Source of the DNA: Lama guanicoe
Lineage: Eukaryota
Assembly: GCA_013239625.1 (NCBI GenBank)
Contig: MU054220.1
Coordinates: forward strand, 620,026 to 683,718
Reading direction: 5' to 3'
Length of the DNA stretch: 63,693 nt
Part shown: positions 12,833 through 25,599 of the stretch, one piece after another
How the letters are laid out: each line of letters opens with the position of its first letter
How positions within the stretch are numbered: the stretch's first letter is position 1
Translations under genes and position numbers: made by a program
The notes under the pieces: generated by a model
Seen by the model: the letters and a program-made list of their open reading frames with translations, nothing else
Told to the model about the DNA's origin: nothing
Databases searched by the model: none

Positions 12833-14968
12833 TTTTCAATACTGGTTATGCTTATTAAAATGGTTGCTTTCTGTATGTATTAATTATTATGTTTCAACAA
12901 TATTCAGATATAGTAATTGAGCATTTCATTTCACCCCATTCCTCAAAAGATAGTTGGTAAGCATCATTAACGTAGTTTGACAGATGAAATATTTGAGGCT
13001 CATAGAGATTAAGAAATTTATAGGATCCAGCTCTCTAACACCAGGTAACTTTCTCTCACCATGAGACACTTCCTTTAATAATTAAGACTGATCATAAAAA
13101 TGAAAACAAAATTTAAATACACTTCACAGGCAAGATACAAATATGAATATTAAATGATACAAATCATCACCTCTTTAGTCCAAATACAAATATGAAGAAC
13201 TTATCCTGGGATCAACTTCTATGCATAATATTAGTGAGTCCCTGGGGCTTCTTTAAAACTAAAAGTGAAGTTGATTCTTTTATTGCATGGTTAAATGTTT
13301 CTTTATATTAGTGCTCAAAATGTCAATTCTTCCTACTCCCCGGTGCATAAATAGTCATAAAAATAAGTGAAGGTCCTTTGTGTGTCCACAGCAGTAGGGT
13401 GGGTATGTTCGTATATGTTTCCTCAATCAATTCTCGTAACAGCTTGTGGAGCAGACATTACTGTTCTCACTTGTTTGATATTAGAGGGAACCAGGATGTA
13501 AGGTGCCAAGAAATACCCCCCAGATCAAGAAGTGGCAAGTGGGAAAAGACAGCATTCTAATCGGGTCTTTCTGACTCTCAAACCAATACGCTTAACGACT
13601 CAGGTGGTCATGTACAACATTCTGCAGAACAGTCTATGGGATCATGCTTTGCAGGGGAACTGGGGAGAGAAGAAATGGGTGGGGAGAGAAAGACGAAGAT
13701 AAAATGGACCATCAATGGAAGCAGTACCACATGGTTATTAATATTTGAAGGTTACAATATGTTACATGGTGTGCGTACATGTGTGTATTTGTATTCTGAT
13801 GAATTTTCCTGATATGTAATTGCTACAGAAGTGCTATTAAAGTCATTAGAGTTATTATGGTCATATCAGAAGGAGTTTACTAGTTAAATATTGTTTATTG
13901 TAACATAACAATATAGAGCATGGTTTAAGAATGTGAAGAAAAAAACATTAAATGGTAATTCTGATCTTTATTATCTGCTTGTCCTTAACTTCTCTATGCT
14001 TTTATTTGCTAATGTGTAAAATGAGTGAAAAATGGTAGTAGTAATCATCTGACATGTGGGTTAGTAGTAAGAATTAATTTACCAAAGTCTACAAAAACAC
14101 TTAGAGCACAGTAAGCTTTCAGTAAGTTTTAATTAATATTATCATTATTATTACTATTAGTATTGGTGTCTGATATTGTTTTTTAGCTGAAGTTGGATGA
14201 AATAATACCACCCACACAGGTTGCTACCATGCCATGCACAGATAGCAATCAATCATTAAAAGTAAATTTATAAGCTATTATAAAGTTACTATATTTAGGC
14301 AACATGCTTTATCAAATCTATTATTCTAGCTCCTGTATTCTTTCATTACTTTCCCATCACCAATACTCTCTTACACTTTATGTGAACTATTATAAATTGT
14401 CTTGCACTAAGGTTCCTTTCTCTGGCTTCCATCTCTTTACAGAAACTTAACTCGCTTCATCCAAGTCACAAAAATATCCTTACTAGATTTATATTCCCTC
14501 TTTCTCAAATCCGACTTCATACTCCCACTCATATTCTTAAATGTATTTCCTAGTTTCCCATTTCCTAAGAATAAAGGGAAAATTCCTTAGCTTTGAATTC
14601 ATACTCTACATGAAATTTCTATGTCACTTTTCAGGCTTAGCTGCCACTGTATGTGAGATCTGCTGCTTCATGGTAGGCTCTGAGTCATCTCATGTGATTA
14701 GGTTTGCACAAGTGATCTCCACCTGTGTGTTCACAAAGCTCAAGTCTACACTTTAAATGTCACCTTTCCCAAGAAGATAATTTATACAATCTTCAAGAGA
14801 TCAGAACCTTTTTGTCTATATCTCAAAAAATACTCGTAAGAATTCAGAATTCAATAGAATCTAGCCATTTATTATTTATATTATGCAGAGGCTTAATGAA
14901 TTCAAGGTTCAGCTAATAAAATGTGACTTCCTTTTTCAGGTAATGTAATGAATCATCACTTGAGATAC

Positions 14969-15898
14969 ATGGAGAATAGGAACAACGTGACAGAGTTTGT
15001 TCTGCTGGGGCTCACACAGAATCCAAAGATGCAGACAATCATATCTGTTGTGTTTTTCATCGTCTACATTGTCTCTATGGTAGGAAATGTGCTCACCGTG
15101 GTCACCATCACTGCCAGCCCATTATTGGGGTCCCCCATGTACTTTTTCCTGGCTCACCTCTCTTTCATTGATGCCTGCTATTCCTGTGTCAATACCCCTA
15201 AACTGATTGCGGATTCACTCCATGAAAAGAAAACCAGCCCCTTCAATGAATGCATGATGCAAATCTTTGGGGAACATCTCTTTTCAGGTGCAGATGTCAT
15301 CCTGCTTACTGCGATGGCCTATGACCGCTACGTGGCCATCTGCAAGCCCCTGCACTACACAGCCATCATGCACTGGCGACTGTGCTGGCTGCTAGTGGGA
15401 GTGGCATGGGCGGGAGGCTTTCTTCACTCAACCATACAGATCCTCTTCATCGCCCATTTACCGTTCTGTGGCCCTAACGTCATAGATCACTTTATGTGTG
15501 ATCTGAATCCTTTGCTCAATCTCGCCTGCACTGATACCCACACTCTAGGGCTCTTTGTTGCTGCCAACAGTGGTTTCATCTGTCTATTAATCTTCCTCCT
15601 CTTGATTGGCTCCTATGTGATCATCCTGAGCTCCCTAAAGTCCTATAGCTTGGAGGCGAAGCAAAAAGCCCTCTCCACCTGTGTCTCCCACATCACAGTG
15701 GTTCTCTTATTCTTTGTGCCCTCAATATTTGTGCATCTGAGACCTGCAACCTCTTTACCTATTGATAAAGCAGTTGCTGTGTTCTACACTATGATAAGTC
15801 CCATGTTAAATCCTTTAATCTATACTTCGAGAAATGACCAGATGAAAAATGCCATTAGGAAATTGTGTAGCAGGAAAGTGATTTCAGGTGAACAATAA
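14969..15898 (+). CDS. OR4C46: Olfactory receptor family 4C, OR4C46/OR4C13-like, intact (309 aa; in-frame ATG at 14948 would add 7 aa)
   Basis: [10 protein letters not shown] start, [53 protein letters not shown]; acceptor ctttttcag at 14938-14939. Subfamily member assigned from memory. Confidence 0.9.
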   Translation: MENRNNVTEFVLLGLTQNPKMQTIISVVFFIVYIVSMVGNVLTVVTITASPLLGSPMYFFLAHLSFIDACYSCVNTPKLIADSLHEKKTSPFNECMMQIFGEHLFSGADVILLTAMAYDRYVAICKPLHYTAIMHWRLCWLLVGVAWAGGFLHSTIQILFIAHLPFCGPNVIDHFMCDLNPLLNLACTDTHTLGLFVAANSGFICLLIFLLLIGSYVIILSSLKSYSLEAKQKALSTCVSHITVVLLFFVPSIFVHLRPATSLPIDKAVAVFYTMISPMLNPLIYTSRNDQMKNAIRKLCSRKVISGEQ

Positions 15899-16209
15899 AA
15901 TGTGCATGAAGCCCAACATTCATTCAACTGATGCAAAGATCAAACGGACATTGCTGGGATCTCAGCAAAATATACCTATGAGGTAAAGACAAAAATTAAC
16001 CACTACAAGTCACCGATTCTGCAAGGAGGGGAGAAGAAATGGGTGCAAGAAGAGACAGAAAAACAAGGCTGTGATGACTCTCAGCGTATTTCGTTAGTTC
16101 TACTAAATTGGGGCTTAATTTTACTACCTTCATCATTGTATATGGATGCATTAGCTTTCATCCCAATAAAACAAAATAAAAGAAATGAAAAAATACATTG
16201 ATACTTAGC

Positions 16210-16380
16210 AGTAACCTCTATAACAATACAAAGAGGCAGTCACTGCTATTACCCCCATTTTACAGGTGAGGAAACAAACAGAAAAGAGAGTGTTTCCAAA
16301 GCAGAAATATTGAAGAGCCAGTAACCAGAATCTACCTGATCTCTCAGACTATGTTCTTAAGTGCTACGATATACTGTCTG
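16210..16380 (-). mobile_element. MIR relic in the unit A 3' flank
   Basis: ccccattttacaggtgaggaaac; same element at ~25340-25510, ~43370-43530 and ~49600-49765. Confidence 0.65.
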
Positions 16381-17544
16381 GCAAGGATGATAGAAAGGTA
16401 ACATAATTATGCTAGTCACCATCTGTTGAGACAGACTGTGCTGGACGGTCTATCCATCTTCTGTCTGTATACATATACATACATACATATACAGATATTT
16501 AATAGTTATTATACGCACAACCAGTTATATGCATCAGTACATACACTATTATATTATATATATATATGCATAAGTTCATTATATATAACTAAATTCTAAT
16601 AATTTTCATTAACAACTTTGTTCATTCTTACATATCATAGTTGGTGGTAGCATGTTGACTGCAACAGTGTTATGTAACTACTTAGGGATGTAAAAGCAGT
16701 GCTCCATTTAACTTCTAGGGGTTAAGTAACAAATACTACACCATTTCCAACTTTCCTTGTCGCAACTGAATCATTTTATATTTTTCATATCACCATGTTC
16801 ATGCTCATAAACCATCAGAAAGGGTGATGATTCAAATTAAATAATATTTTAATGTCAGACAGGAAGTTAAATGTATTAAATAAATAGTCTTAGTCCATAA
16901 AGTACTCGCCTTCTTGCTAACAATAATTTCTACAAATAGCAAACTGTCTGGGTCATAATACATACTGAATGAATACATGCAATTATAAAGGAAAATGAAT
17001 ACACTCATAAGATACAGAAAAAAATGTAGTACTGAAGACTAGAAATTTTTTAACCTTTATCTGTTTTAGAATCTGAGAAGATTTCTACCTATATCTCTTT
17101 GGAATCCATAATTTGCTTTACTCCTGCTTAATCGTGGAATAAGAAAGAAATTGAAACTTAGTATGTCATCATATGGACAAGTCTTTTACCTTGATATTAT
17201 CTCTTCTCTTGGATTTCATCATGGGCTGTTTTTGTTATATTTTTCTGTTAATCGGTTTGTGTTTTGGTAACATTTCATTATGAAAAGCTGTTATAAAAAT
17301 AATTTAGCTCTGTCTATACAAAAAGTAATTTCAGGATAAACAGAGTCCATTCATTTTCTCCATTCTTTATTCATTAAGCAACAAATATTTTTGAGCTCAA
17401 AGAATGTATCAGGCACTTTGAGTTTCCAGGGCTTCAGTGGTGAACAAAGAGAAATTCAAAAGATGCCTTCCCAGAACTTAGAGCCATTGAGAGAATCCCC
17501 CAAAAGAGAGCAGAAAATGACAACACAGTTGTAGAGGGCATGTC

Positions 17545-18090
17545 AAGCCATCCCTCTAAAGGTGAAAATAACTTCTTCCATGTGTCCCCTCCTATAACCA
17601 AAGAAGGTACACAATGCCCAGTGGGTCTCTTTGGATTCTGGAGGTAACCTTTTTCATTTGAGTGTATTGCACTAATCGGGTGACTCAAGAAGCTGGTAGT
17701 TTTGAGTGTGATCCAGAAAAAGAAAAGGCTCTACAACAGTGTCAAGCTGTCATGCAAACTTCTTGGTCACTTGGAACAAATGACCCAGTAGATTCATGGT
17801 GCTGGATGTGTCAGCGGCAGATAGGGATGTTGGACTGTGGCAGGCCTCTACATGTGAGTTGCAGAGCAGGCACTTAGGATTTTAGAGCAAGGTCTTGCCC
17901 TCTTTTTTGGATGACTGCTCTACTTTGGAGAAAGAGCTCTCGGCCTGATACTGGGGCTTAGTAGAGACTGTATGCAAAGCCATGGACCACCAAGTCAGTG
18001 TGCAACCTGAGCTGCCCATCATGAACTTGGTGGTACCTGACCCATAAAAGCCATATAGCTGGGTGTGCACAGCATGGCTCCATTTGAAAT
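17545..18090 (+). mobile_element. ERVL pol fragment (RT C-terminus / connection)
   Basis: Translates to VGLFGFWR, SFECDPEKEKALQQCQA and LGF*SK...LEKELSA, degenerate forms of ERVL pol motifs. Confidence 0.8.
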
Positions 18091-18559
18091 TAAGAATAAT
18101 TAAAAATATCTATGATGCACTATAACCACGTACATATGCCTCTCTCATGTACTGAAGAGAACACTAGAACAGTACAAAAATGTCTAAATCAGCCCTCTCA
18201 ATAGACACCTCAAAATGGATAGAGGGGAGAAGAAAAAGATGAGGGAGGAAGGCAGTGTGAATCAAGCAGGAATTCAATGTGAACTACATCACCCACAGGT
18301 AGCTTTGACATCCAATCATACTTTAAGGCTCCATCCAAGACATCCATGATTCTTCAAGTCTGAGGATTTCTTACATCCTGGAACTTAATTACCCTGCCTG
18401 TGTGATACATGTGCTCACTAGCAGGTTAAAGTATCCCTTTTATACACTGTGGTAATGGTGGAGTTTTAAATTTTCAATCAAATGATACAGTAAAGGATAG
18501 CATTTCTAAAATGTCACATTTATCACTGTAAAATTTTTTTAAAATATTATCTCCTATAT

Positions 18560-20500
18560 AATTATAATTGTTTTATTGTCCAAAACAAGTGATAAAGTTC
18601 ATATATATTTATTTGGCAACATGATTGCAGATATCAGCATTGTGCTATAAGCTAGAGAATAGATACTTAAAAATATAAATGGTAATGCAAGACACACAAA
18701 TAACAATCATTAAATAAACAAAAAAGCTTGCTTAATAGATTATGTGTGTGGACCTAACATATAACTGAGTCATATTTTCAGCCAATAAAATGAATAAAAT
18801 CTATCAATCTATTTAGTAATAATTCACCATGACCGTATGCAGGTTATACAATAACAATGTTTAACATTCAAGAATAAATTATAATCATTAAATTAACAGA
18901 ATAAAGGAGAAGCTCATGACCGTTTCAATACATGAATACAAATTGATAAATTTCAATTTATTTTTATGAATAAAAATGTAGTTTGGCAAATGTAAAAAAA
19001 AAAGAAGAGAAAATTACTTAACCTGAAAACAAGCATCTGTATAAAACCCACAGCTACCGTCATACTTCATGCTGAACTCTCTGAGGCTGGAAACAAGGCA
19101 AATCTGTCCCCTCTGCTTTCTGTTCTGCCTTGTACCTTAGACTCTAGTCATTGCAAAAGGTAAGAGAAACAAATAAAAAGACATACCAATAATAAAAGAA
19201 GAGACAAGATTATAAAATTTATATTTATGGACAGATGGCATCCTTATATAGGCAGAAAATGTTATGGGGTCTACAAAAAATCAAAAACTCTAATTAGTTA
19301 ATTAAACAAGTCTACAGTATACAATGTCAACAGAAATTATCAAGTGTATTTTTATAAAAAACAATAATTAAAAATGGAAATTAGAAACAAAATGCCATGT
19401 AAAATACTATTAAAAACATGACATTGGAGGAGTAAATTTTAAAAATACATAAATACATTGTATATGAAAACCAGAAAATACTGCTGAGAGAAAGTAAATC
19501 CATAAGTAAAGAGACAGATATGCTGGTAGATCAACAGACTCAGTGTGTGCGTCATATCAGTATTTACAACTTCAGTGCAACTCCAATCAACATCCCGCAG
19601 GATATTTGAACAAATAAACAATAATATTAAGAAGTTTATATAGAAGTAAGTAATTTTAAAGGAACCTGCAACAGAAAATCACTCTTAAAAATAAAGCACA
19701 ATTGGACAACTTATTCTACTTAAATTCAAGACTTCGTATAAAGTTCCCATAAGCCAGGCTGTGTGGTATTGAAACACAATATAATGGTCATACATAGATC
19801 TAAATGTGTGAATTTTTATGAAGATATCAAGGTAATTCAATGCAGAAAGAACTGAGTTTTCAGCAAATGCTGGATCAGTTGGAAACCCATACACACACAC
19901 ACACACAAAAACCCTCAACCACTAATTCACATTATACCCAAAAATGGACACAAGTGAGTTAGAAAACTAGATGTTAAACTTGAACCTGAAAAAATTCCAG
20001 AAATGTTTTTCCTTGAGGTAGATCAGTATTTTAGACATAACACAATAAACATGAAACAAAAGAAAAACTAAAAAAAAAAAATGAACTGTTAGTAATTAAA
20101 ATTCTGCTATTCAGATATCATTTCTTTAAAAAAATTAAAAGGTAATGTAGAGTAGAAGAAAACTATACATATATAAGTTTACATAGTATATAAATTTTAT
20201 GAATAAACTTTTACATATGAATATGTTTTACACTTATTGTATATATATATATAGCCCATATATGACAAAATACTTATACCTAGAATATATAAAAAACTCT
20301 TAAAACTTACTAATAAGAAACCCAAAACTTTTTTTTAAATTTGCAAAGAAGCTGAAACACCCAGAAAATTTTTCAAACATTCCAAAATGACAAGTAACAT
20401 TTTAAAAACTGCTCAACATCATTAGCCACCAAGGAAAGCAAAGTAAAACGTCAGTAACTGACCACTGCATACCTCCTAAATTTACTAAACAAAAAAATAA
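18560..20500 (+). mobile_element. Old degenerate L1M ORF2 fragments
   Basis: A-rich L1 phrases (aaaacccacagctaccgtcatactt, ggaaacaaggcaa, tgctcaacatcattagcc); partly paralogous to 44160-45190. Confidence 0.65.
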
Positions 20501-20949
20501 CCCCAAGTGACAAGAATGTGGAACAACTCGTGTGTGTGAATTTAGAACCCCCTTCTTGTGCTTTAGACATCATTTCACATTTTAAATGTTGCCTCGTGTT
20601 CCATCATAAGCATCACACAGGTTCCAGAGAAGACTTATCTGGGGCCTTTTAGGGTTTCACAGCACTATGATAAGTGGGAAAAACAGGTTTTGGCATCAAG
20701 TACTTTAAAACTAATGCCATTCATTTTATGCCTTCACTGCTTTGGCTCTCATGCACTGGATACAAGATTTCCAGAAAAAGTTTAATATGGACAAGACAGA
20801 AGTTCTCTTTCTGACATGAGTTCACAATGTAACTATATCACAGGTCCCTCACTGAAATGAAGCCATCCTTACTATTCACCGGACATGTAACTTTCTTAGA
20901 AACCCAGATTCAGGTGGGGAATGGGGACTCACACGTTTTCTTTGCAAGT

Positions 20950-21537
20950 TCAGTGAATACAATTCCCCACTCAAAGAATGAGTGTTTCTCTAGAAAATCT
21001 GCTTCCAAGATAAAGCCTTTCCATCAAAGGAGATAATTAATTCTCAGGAGAGAAAACAGCATTTATGACAAGCCCCTTGAACATCTGTGGATACCTCTTT
21101 AAATATCCTTGCATTGCAGGTGAAAAAGTCCTTTTTTCTTGTTTACAACTACGGACCAACACACTTCCAGGGTAGAATGACCCATTTGAATGTGTTTCCA
21201 CCACACATTCTGCCTCCTGCCTGTGGGACCAGACCCATCTACAGAAGATCATTTCTCCATAATGTTCCACATGAATCCATTCTAAATTCAACTCCAGGAA
21301 TTTTGGGGGGTGGTTTTTGAGAATTTTTTTGAGGATTTTGGCTATAAAGAAAGATTTAGACTTATAAAAAGACTTATTTATCTACTGTAGATTTGATATT
21401 GAATTATCTAAATACTCTGAGTAAGTCATAAATTTTATAGTGAAAGTTACTTATCCCAAGAGGAGGTTAATTTGAATATGGAAATATTTCTGAACACCTT
21501 CTATTATTAAGATCATCTACAAGACTGCAAGGTAAGT
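20950..21537 (+). promoter_or_regulatory. Candidate promoter / first exon of copy 2
   Basis: TAATTA at 21034 next to TTCTCAGGAGA; donor aag|gtaagt at 21532. Confidence 0.5.
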
Positions 21538-21848
21538 TTTTCAATAGTACTCACGCTTACTAAAGATATTTACTCTCCATATATAGTAAACATTATGTTT
21601 CAGCACTTTTCAAATATAGTAATAGAGCATTTCATTTCACCCCATTCCTCAAAAGATAGTTGGTAAATACCATTAACATAACTTATATTATTTTTTTTGA
21701 AGGAGTAGAAATAACTTTATTTCCGTAGAATCAATTCCCTATGATAGGTTTTTTGGTTGTGTTGTTAAACAGCATATAAAATTGATAGGTTGTGACATAT
21801 TGGAAATGAGGAAACAGTGGAGACATACTACCACCAATGCAGTCATTT

Positions 21849-22120
21849 TGTTACCAAGTCCAAACTCATTCTGCTTGCTGCATGACAGGCCAATAAATCA
21901 GGAGATGAGGTGTTGGAGCAAAGAATAGTGACTTTATTTGAAAAGCTGGCAGTCTCAGAAGATGGCATACTGATATCCTGGAGAACCCTCTTCCCCAAGT
22001 CAGAATTCAGTCTCCTTTTATAAAAAAGGGGCGGGGGTGTGGATGGTTGTTGCAAACTTCTTGCTGTATGAATTGTTTGTCCTTGGAATCCTTTGTTCTT
22101 GCAGCTGTCCATGTAGGTCA
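21849..22120 (-). mobile_element. 5'-truncated ERV1-type LTR
   Basis: On the minus strand: TATAAAAG (22022-22015), AATAAA, and a U5 end ...ggtaaca at 21849; absent from units A1 and A3. Confidence 0.7.
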
Positions 22121-24080
22121 AATCCTTTAGATGAAAAGTTGAGGCTGATAGGGATCAAGAAATTTGTAGAATCCAGCTAATACCAGATACCTTTTTTTTT
22201 GCCAGGAGACACTTCCTTTAATAATTAAGACTGATCATGAGAATCAAAACAAAATTTAAATGCACATCTCATGCAAAAATATGTAAATATGAATATTAAA
22301 TGATATAAATCATCACCCCTTTAATCCAAATACAAATATGAACTTATCCTGGGATCAAGTGCCGTGCATAATATGAGTCTCTGTGGCTTCTTTAAAAGTA
22401 AATTGATGATTCTTCCTCAGTTTATTGCATGGTTAAATGTTCTCTGTATTACTGCTCAAAATGTCAATTATTCCTACTCCTAGGTGTATAAATAGTCATA
22501 AAGATAGTGAAGATCCTTTCTGCCTCTGCACCAGTGTGTTGGGTATGATCACACATGTCTCCTCAGTCAGTTCTAATAACAGCCTGTGAGGTGGACATAA
22601 CTTGTTTCACTTGGTACTAGAGGAAACCAGGATGTGTATGCCAAGAAACACACCCCAGATCCAGAAGTTGCAAGTGGGAAAAGGCAAGATTCTAATCTGG
22701 TCTTTCTGATATTCAAACCAATATGTTTATCCATTGGGATGGTCATTTTTAAGATTCTGTAGAACAGTCTGCAGGATCATGGTTTGGAGTGGAATTACAG
22801 GGTGAGGAAAAGGCAAAGATAAAATGGACCCTCAATGACAGGAGTACCCCACAGTCACTCACATGTGAAAATTACAATGTTATACCCTGTGTGTAAGAGT
22901 GTGTGTGTGTATTTGTGTTGATGAATTGGCTTCCTATATAATCGCCTCTGAAGTAGTATTAAAGTTTATACTTATTACGCCCATATCAAGAGGACTTTAT
23001 TTGTTAAACATTGTTTATGACATAACAACACAGTGCATGGGGTAAGGATGTGGAGAAAAAGATGTAATCTTTTTTCTGGTCTTTATTATTTGCTTAATCT
23101 CATGCAAGATTTTTAACTTCTCTATGTTTCCAATTCCTAATGTGTAAAATAAGTGTAAGAAATGATAGTAGTGATCATCTCACAAGTCTCTAATGAGAAT
23201 TAAATAACTAATATAGGCAAAAACACTTAGAACACAGTAACTACTCAGTAATTTTATATATGATTAAATGTATTATTATTATAACATTAGTTTCTGAAAT
23301 TGCTTCTTAATTGTAAAGCAGATGAAATAATATCACCCACACAGGTTGCTACCATGACATGCATGTATCAATCAATCATTAAAAGTGTATTTACAAGCTA
23401 TTGCAAAGTTATTGGATTTAGGTAATGTACCATATTAAATCTATTACACTAGCCCCTGTTTTCTTTCATTACTTTCCCCTTACCAACACCCTGCCATACT
23501 TTATGTCAACTATTATAAATAGTCTGGTACCAGGGTTCATTTCTCTGGCTTCCATCTCCTTCTTGAAACTCACACAACTACATCTGAGACACACAAAGAT
23601 CTTTACTAAGGTTACATCCAAGATGCCTTTTTTCTTAAATTCTTCTTCATCCTTCCAATCATAATCTCAATTATCTTGTATGGTTTCCCATTTCCTAAGA
23701 ATAAAGGGAAAATTCCTTACATTTGAATTCATACCTTTTACATGCATTTCCTACATCTCTTTTCAGACTTAGCAGCCACTAGATTTGAGACCTATTGTTT
23801 CATTGTGGGTTCTGATTCATCTCATGTTATTAACTGTGCATAATTGATCTCTGGCCTGTGTGTTCAAAGTTCCTCATGTCGATAACTCTCAACATTATTA
23901 TTCCTGGGGGGAAACTTGAATAATCTTCAAGAGATCAGAACCTGTTTTACTATATCTCAAAAAAATCATTAGAATTCAGAACTCAATAGAATCTAGCCAT
24001 TTATTATTTATTATGTGCAGAGGCTTAATGAATTCAAGGTTCAGCTAACTAAGGAGTGACTTCTTTTTTCAGGTAATGTA

Positions 24081-25029
24081 ATGAATCATCACTTGAGATA
24101 CATAGAGAATAGAAACAACGTGACAGAGTTTGTTCTGCTGGGGCTCACACAGAATCCAAAGATGCAGACAATCATATCTGTTGTGTTTTTGGTCATCTAC
24201 ATTGTCTCTATGGTAGGAAATGTGCTCACCGTGGTCACCATCACTGCCAGCCCATTACTGGAGTCCCCCATGTACTTTTTCCTGGCTCACCTCTCTTTCA
24301 TTGATGCCTGCTACTCCTGTGTCACTACCCCTAAGCTGATCGTAGATTCACTCCATGAAAAGAAAACCAGCCCTTTCAATGAATGCATGATGCAAATCTT
24401 TGGGGAACATCTCTTCAGAGGTGCTGATGTCATCCTGCTTACTGTGGTGGCCTATGACCGCTACGTGGCCATCTGCAAGCCCCTGCATTACACAGCCATC
24501 ATGCACTGGCGACTGTGTTGGCTGCTAGTGGGAGTGGCATGGGCGGGAGGCTTTCTTCACTCAACCATACAGATCCTCTTCATCGCCCATTTACCGTTCT
24601 GTGGCCCTAATGTCATAGACCACTTTATGTGTGATCTGAACCCCTTACTTGATCTTGCCTGCACTGATACCCACACTCTAAAGCTCTTGTTGCTGCCAAC
24701 AGTGGTTTCATCTGTCTATTAAACTTCCTCCTCTTGATTGGCTCTTATGTGATCATCCTGAGCTCCCTAAAGTCCCACAGCTCAGAGGCAAGGCAGAAAG
24801 CCCTCTCCACCTGCATCTCCCACATCACAGCGGTTGTCTTCTTTTTTTGCCCTGCGTATTTGTGTATCTGAGACCTGCAGCTACTTTACCTACTGATAAA
24901 GCAGTTGCTGTGTTCTACACCATGATAACTCCTATGTTAAATCCCTTAATGTATACCTTGAGAAACGACCAGATGAAAAATGCCATTAGGAAATTATGCA
25001 GTAAGAAAGTTATTTCAGCCAATCAATAA
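24081..25029 (+). pseudogene. OR4C46-like pseudogene (copy 2)
   Basis: Canonical ATG changed to ATA at 24102; 1-bp deletions at ~24687 and ~24848 relative to paralogues (949 vs 951 nt); MAYDRY changed to VAYDRY. Confidence 0.92.
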
Positions 25030-25599
25030 AATATGTGTGGAGTCCAAAGTTTGTTCAACTGATGCAAAAATCAAGATAACATTGTTGGGGATCTCAGCAA
25101 AAAATACCTATGACATAAAGACAAAAAGGAACCACTACAAACCATAGATTATGAAAAGAGAGGAGAAGAAATGAGTGTAAGAAAAGACAGAAGTACATAG
25201 TCTGGGATGACTCCTGGCTATTTGAAAATTTCTACCAAATCAGGCTTAGTTTTACTAGGTTCATCATTGTATATAGATTCATAAGCTTTCATCCCAATAT
25301 AATATAATAAAGAAGTAAAAATACAGTGATATTGGACAGTAATCTCTGTAACAATACAGAGAGGTAGGTGTTGCTATCATCCCCACTTTACAGGTAAGGA
25401 AACATACAGAAAAGAGAATTTTCCAAAACAGAAATATCAAAGAACCAGTAATCAGAATCTAACTGACCTCTCAGACCATGTTCTTAAGTGCTATGATAGA
25501 TATACTGTCTAGCCATTATGATAGAAAGGTAACATAATCATACTAGTTACCATTTATTGAGACAGAGACCAGGCTGGACTCTGAATTACTGAATAATGA

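Larger units (their letters stand above)
11340..17000 (+). repeat. Duplicated unit A1 (OR4C46-like gene with flanks)
   Basis: Co-linear with ~20150-25575 and ~44880-50185 across promoter, intron, MIRs, CDS and 3' flank. Confidence 0.85.
20150..25575 (+). repeat. Duplicated unit A2
   Basis: Co-linear with A1; ends at ~25575 where it joins ERVL pol sequence. Confidence 0.85.
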
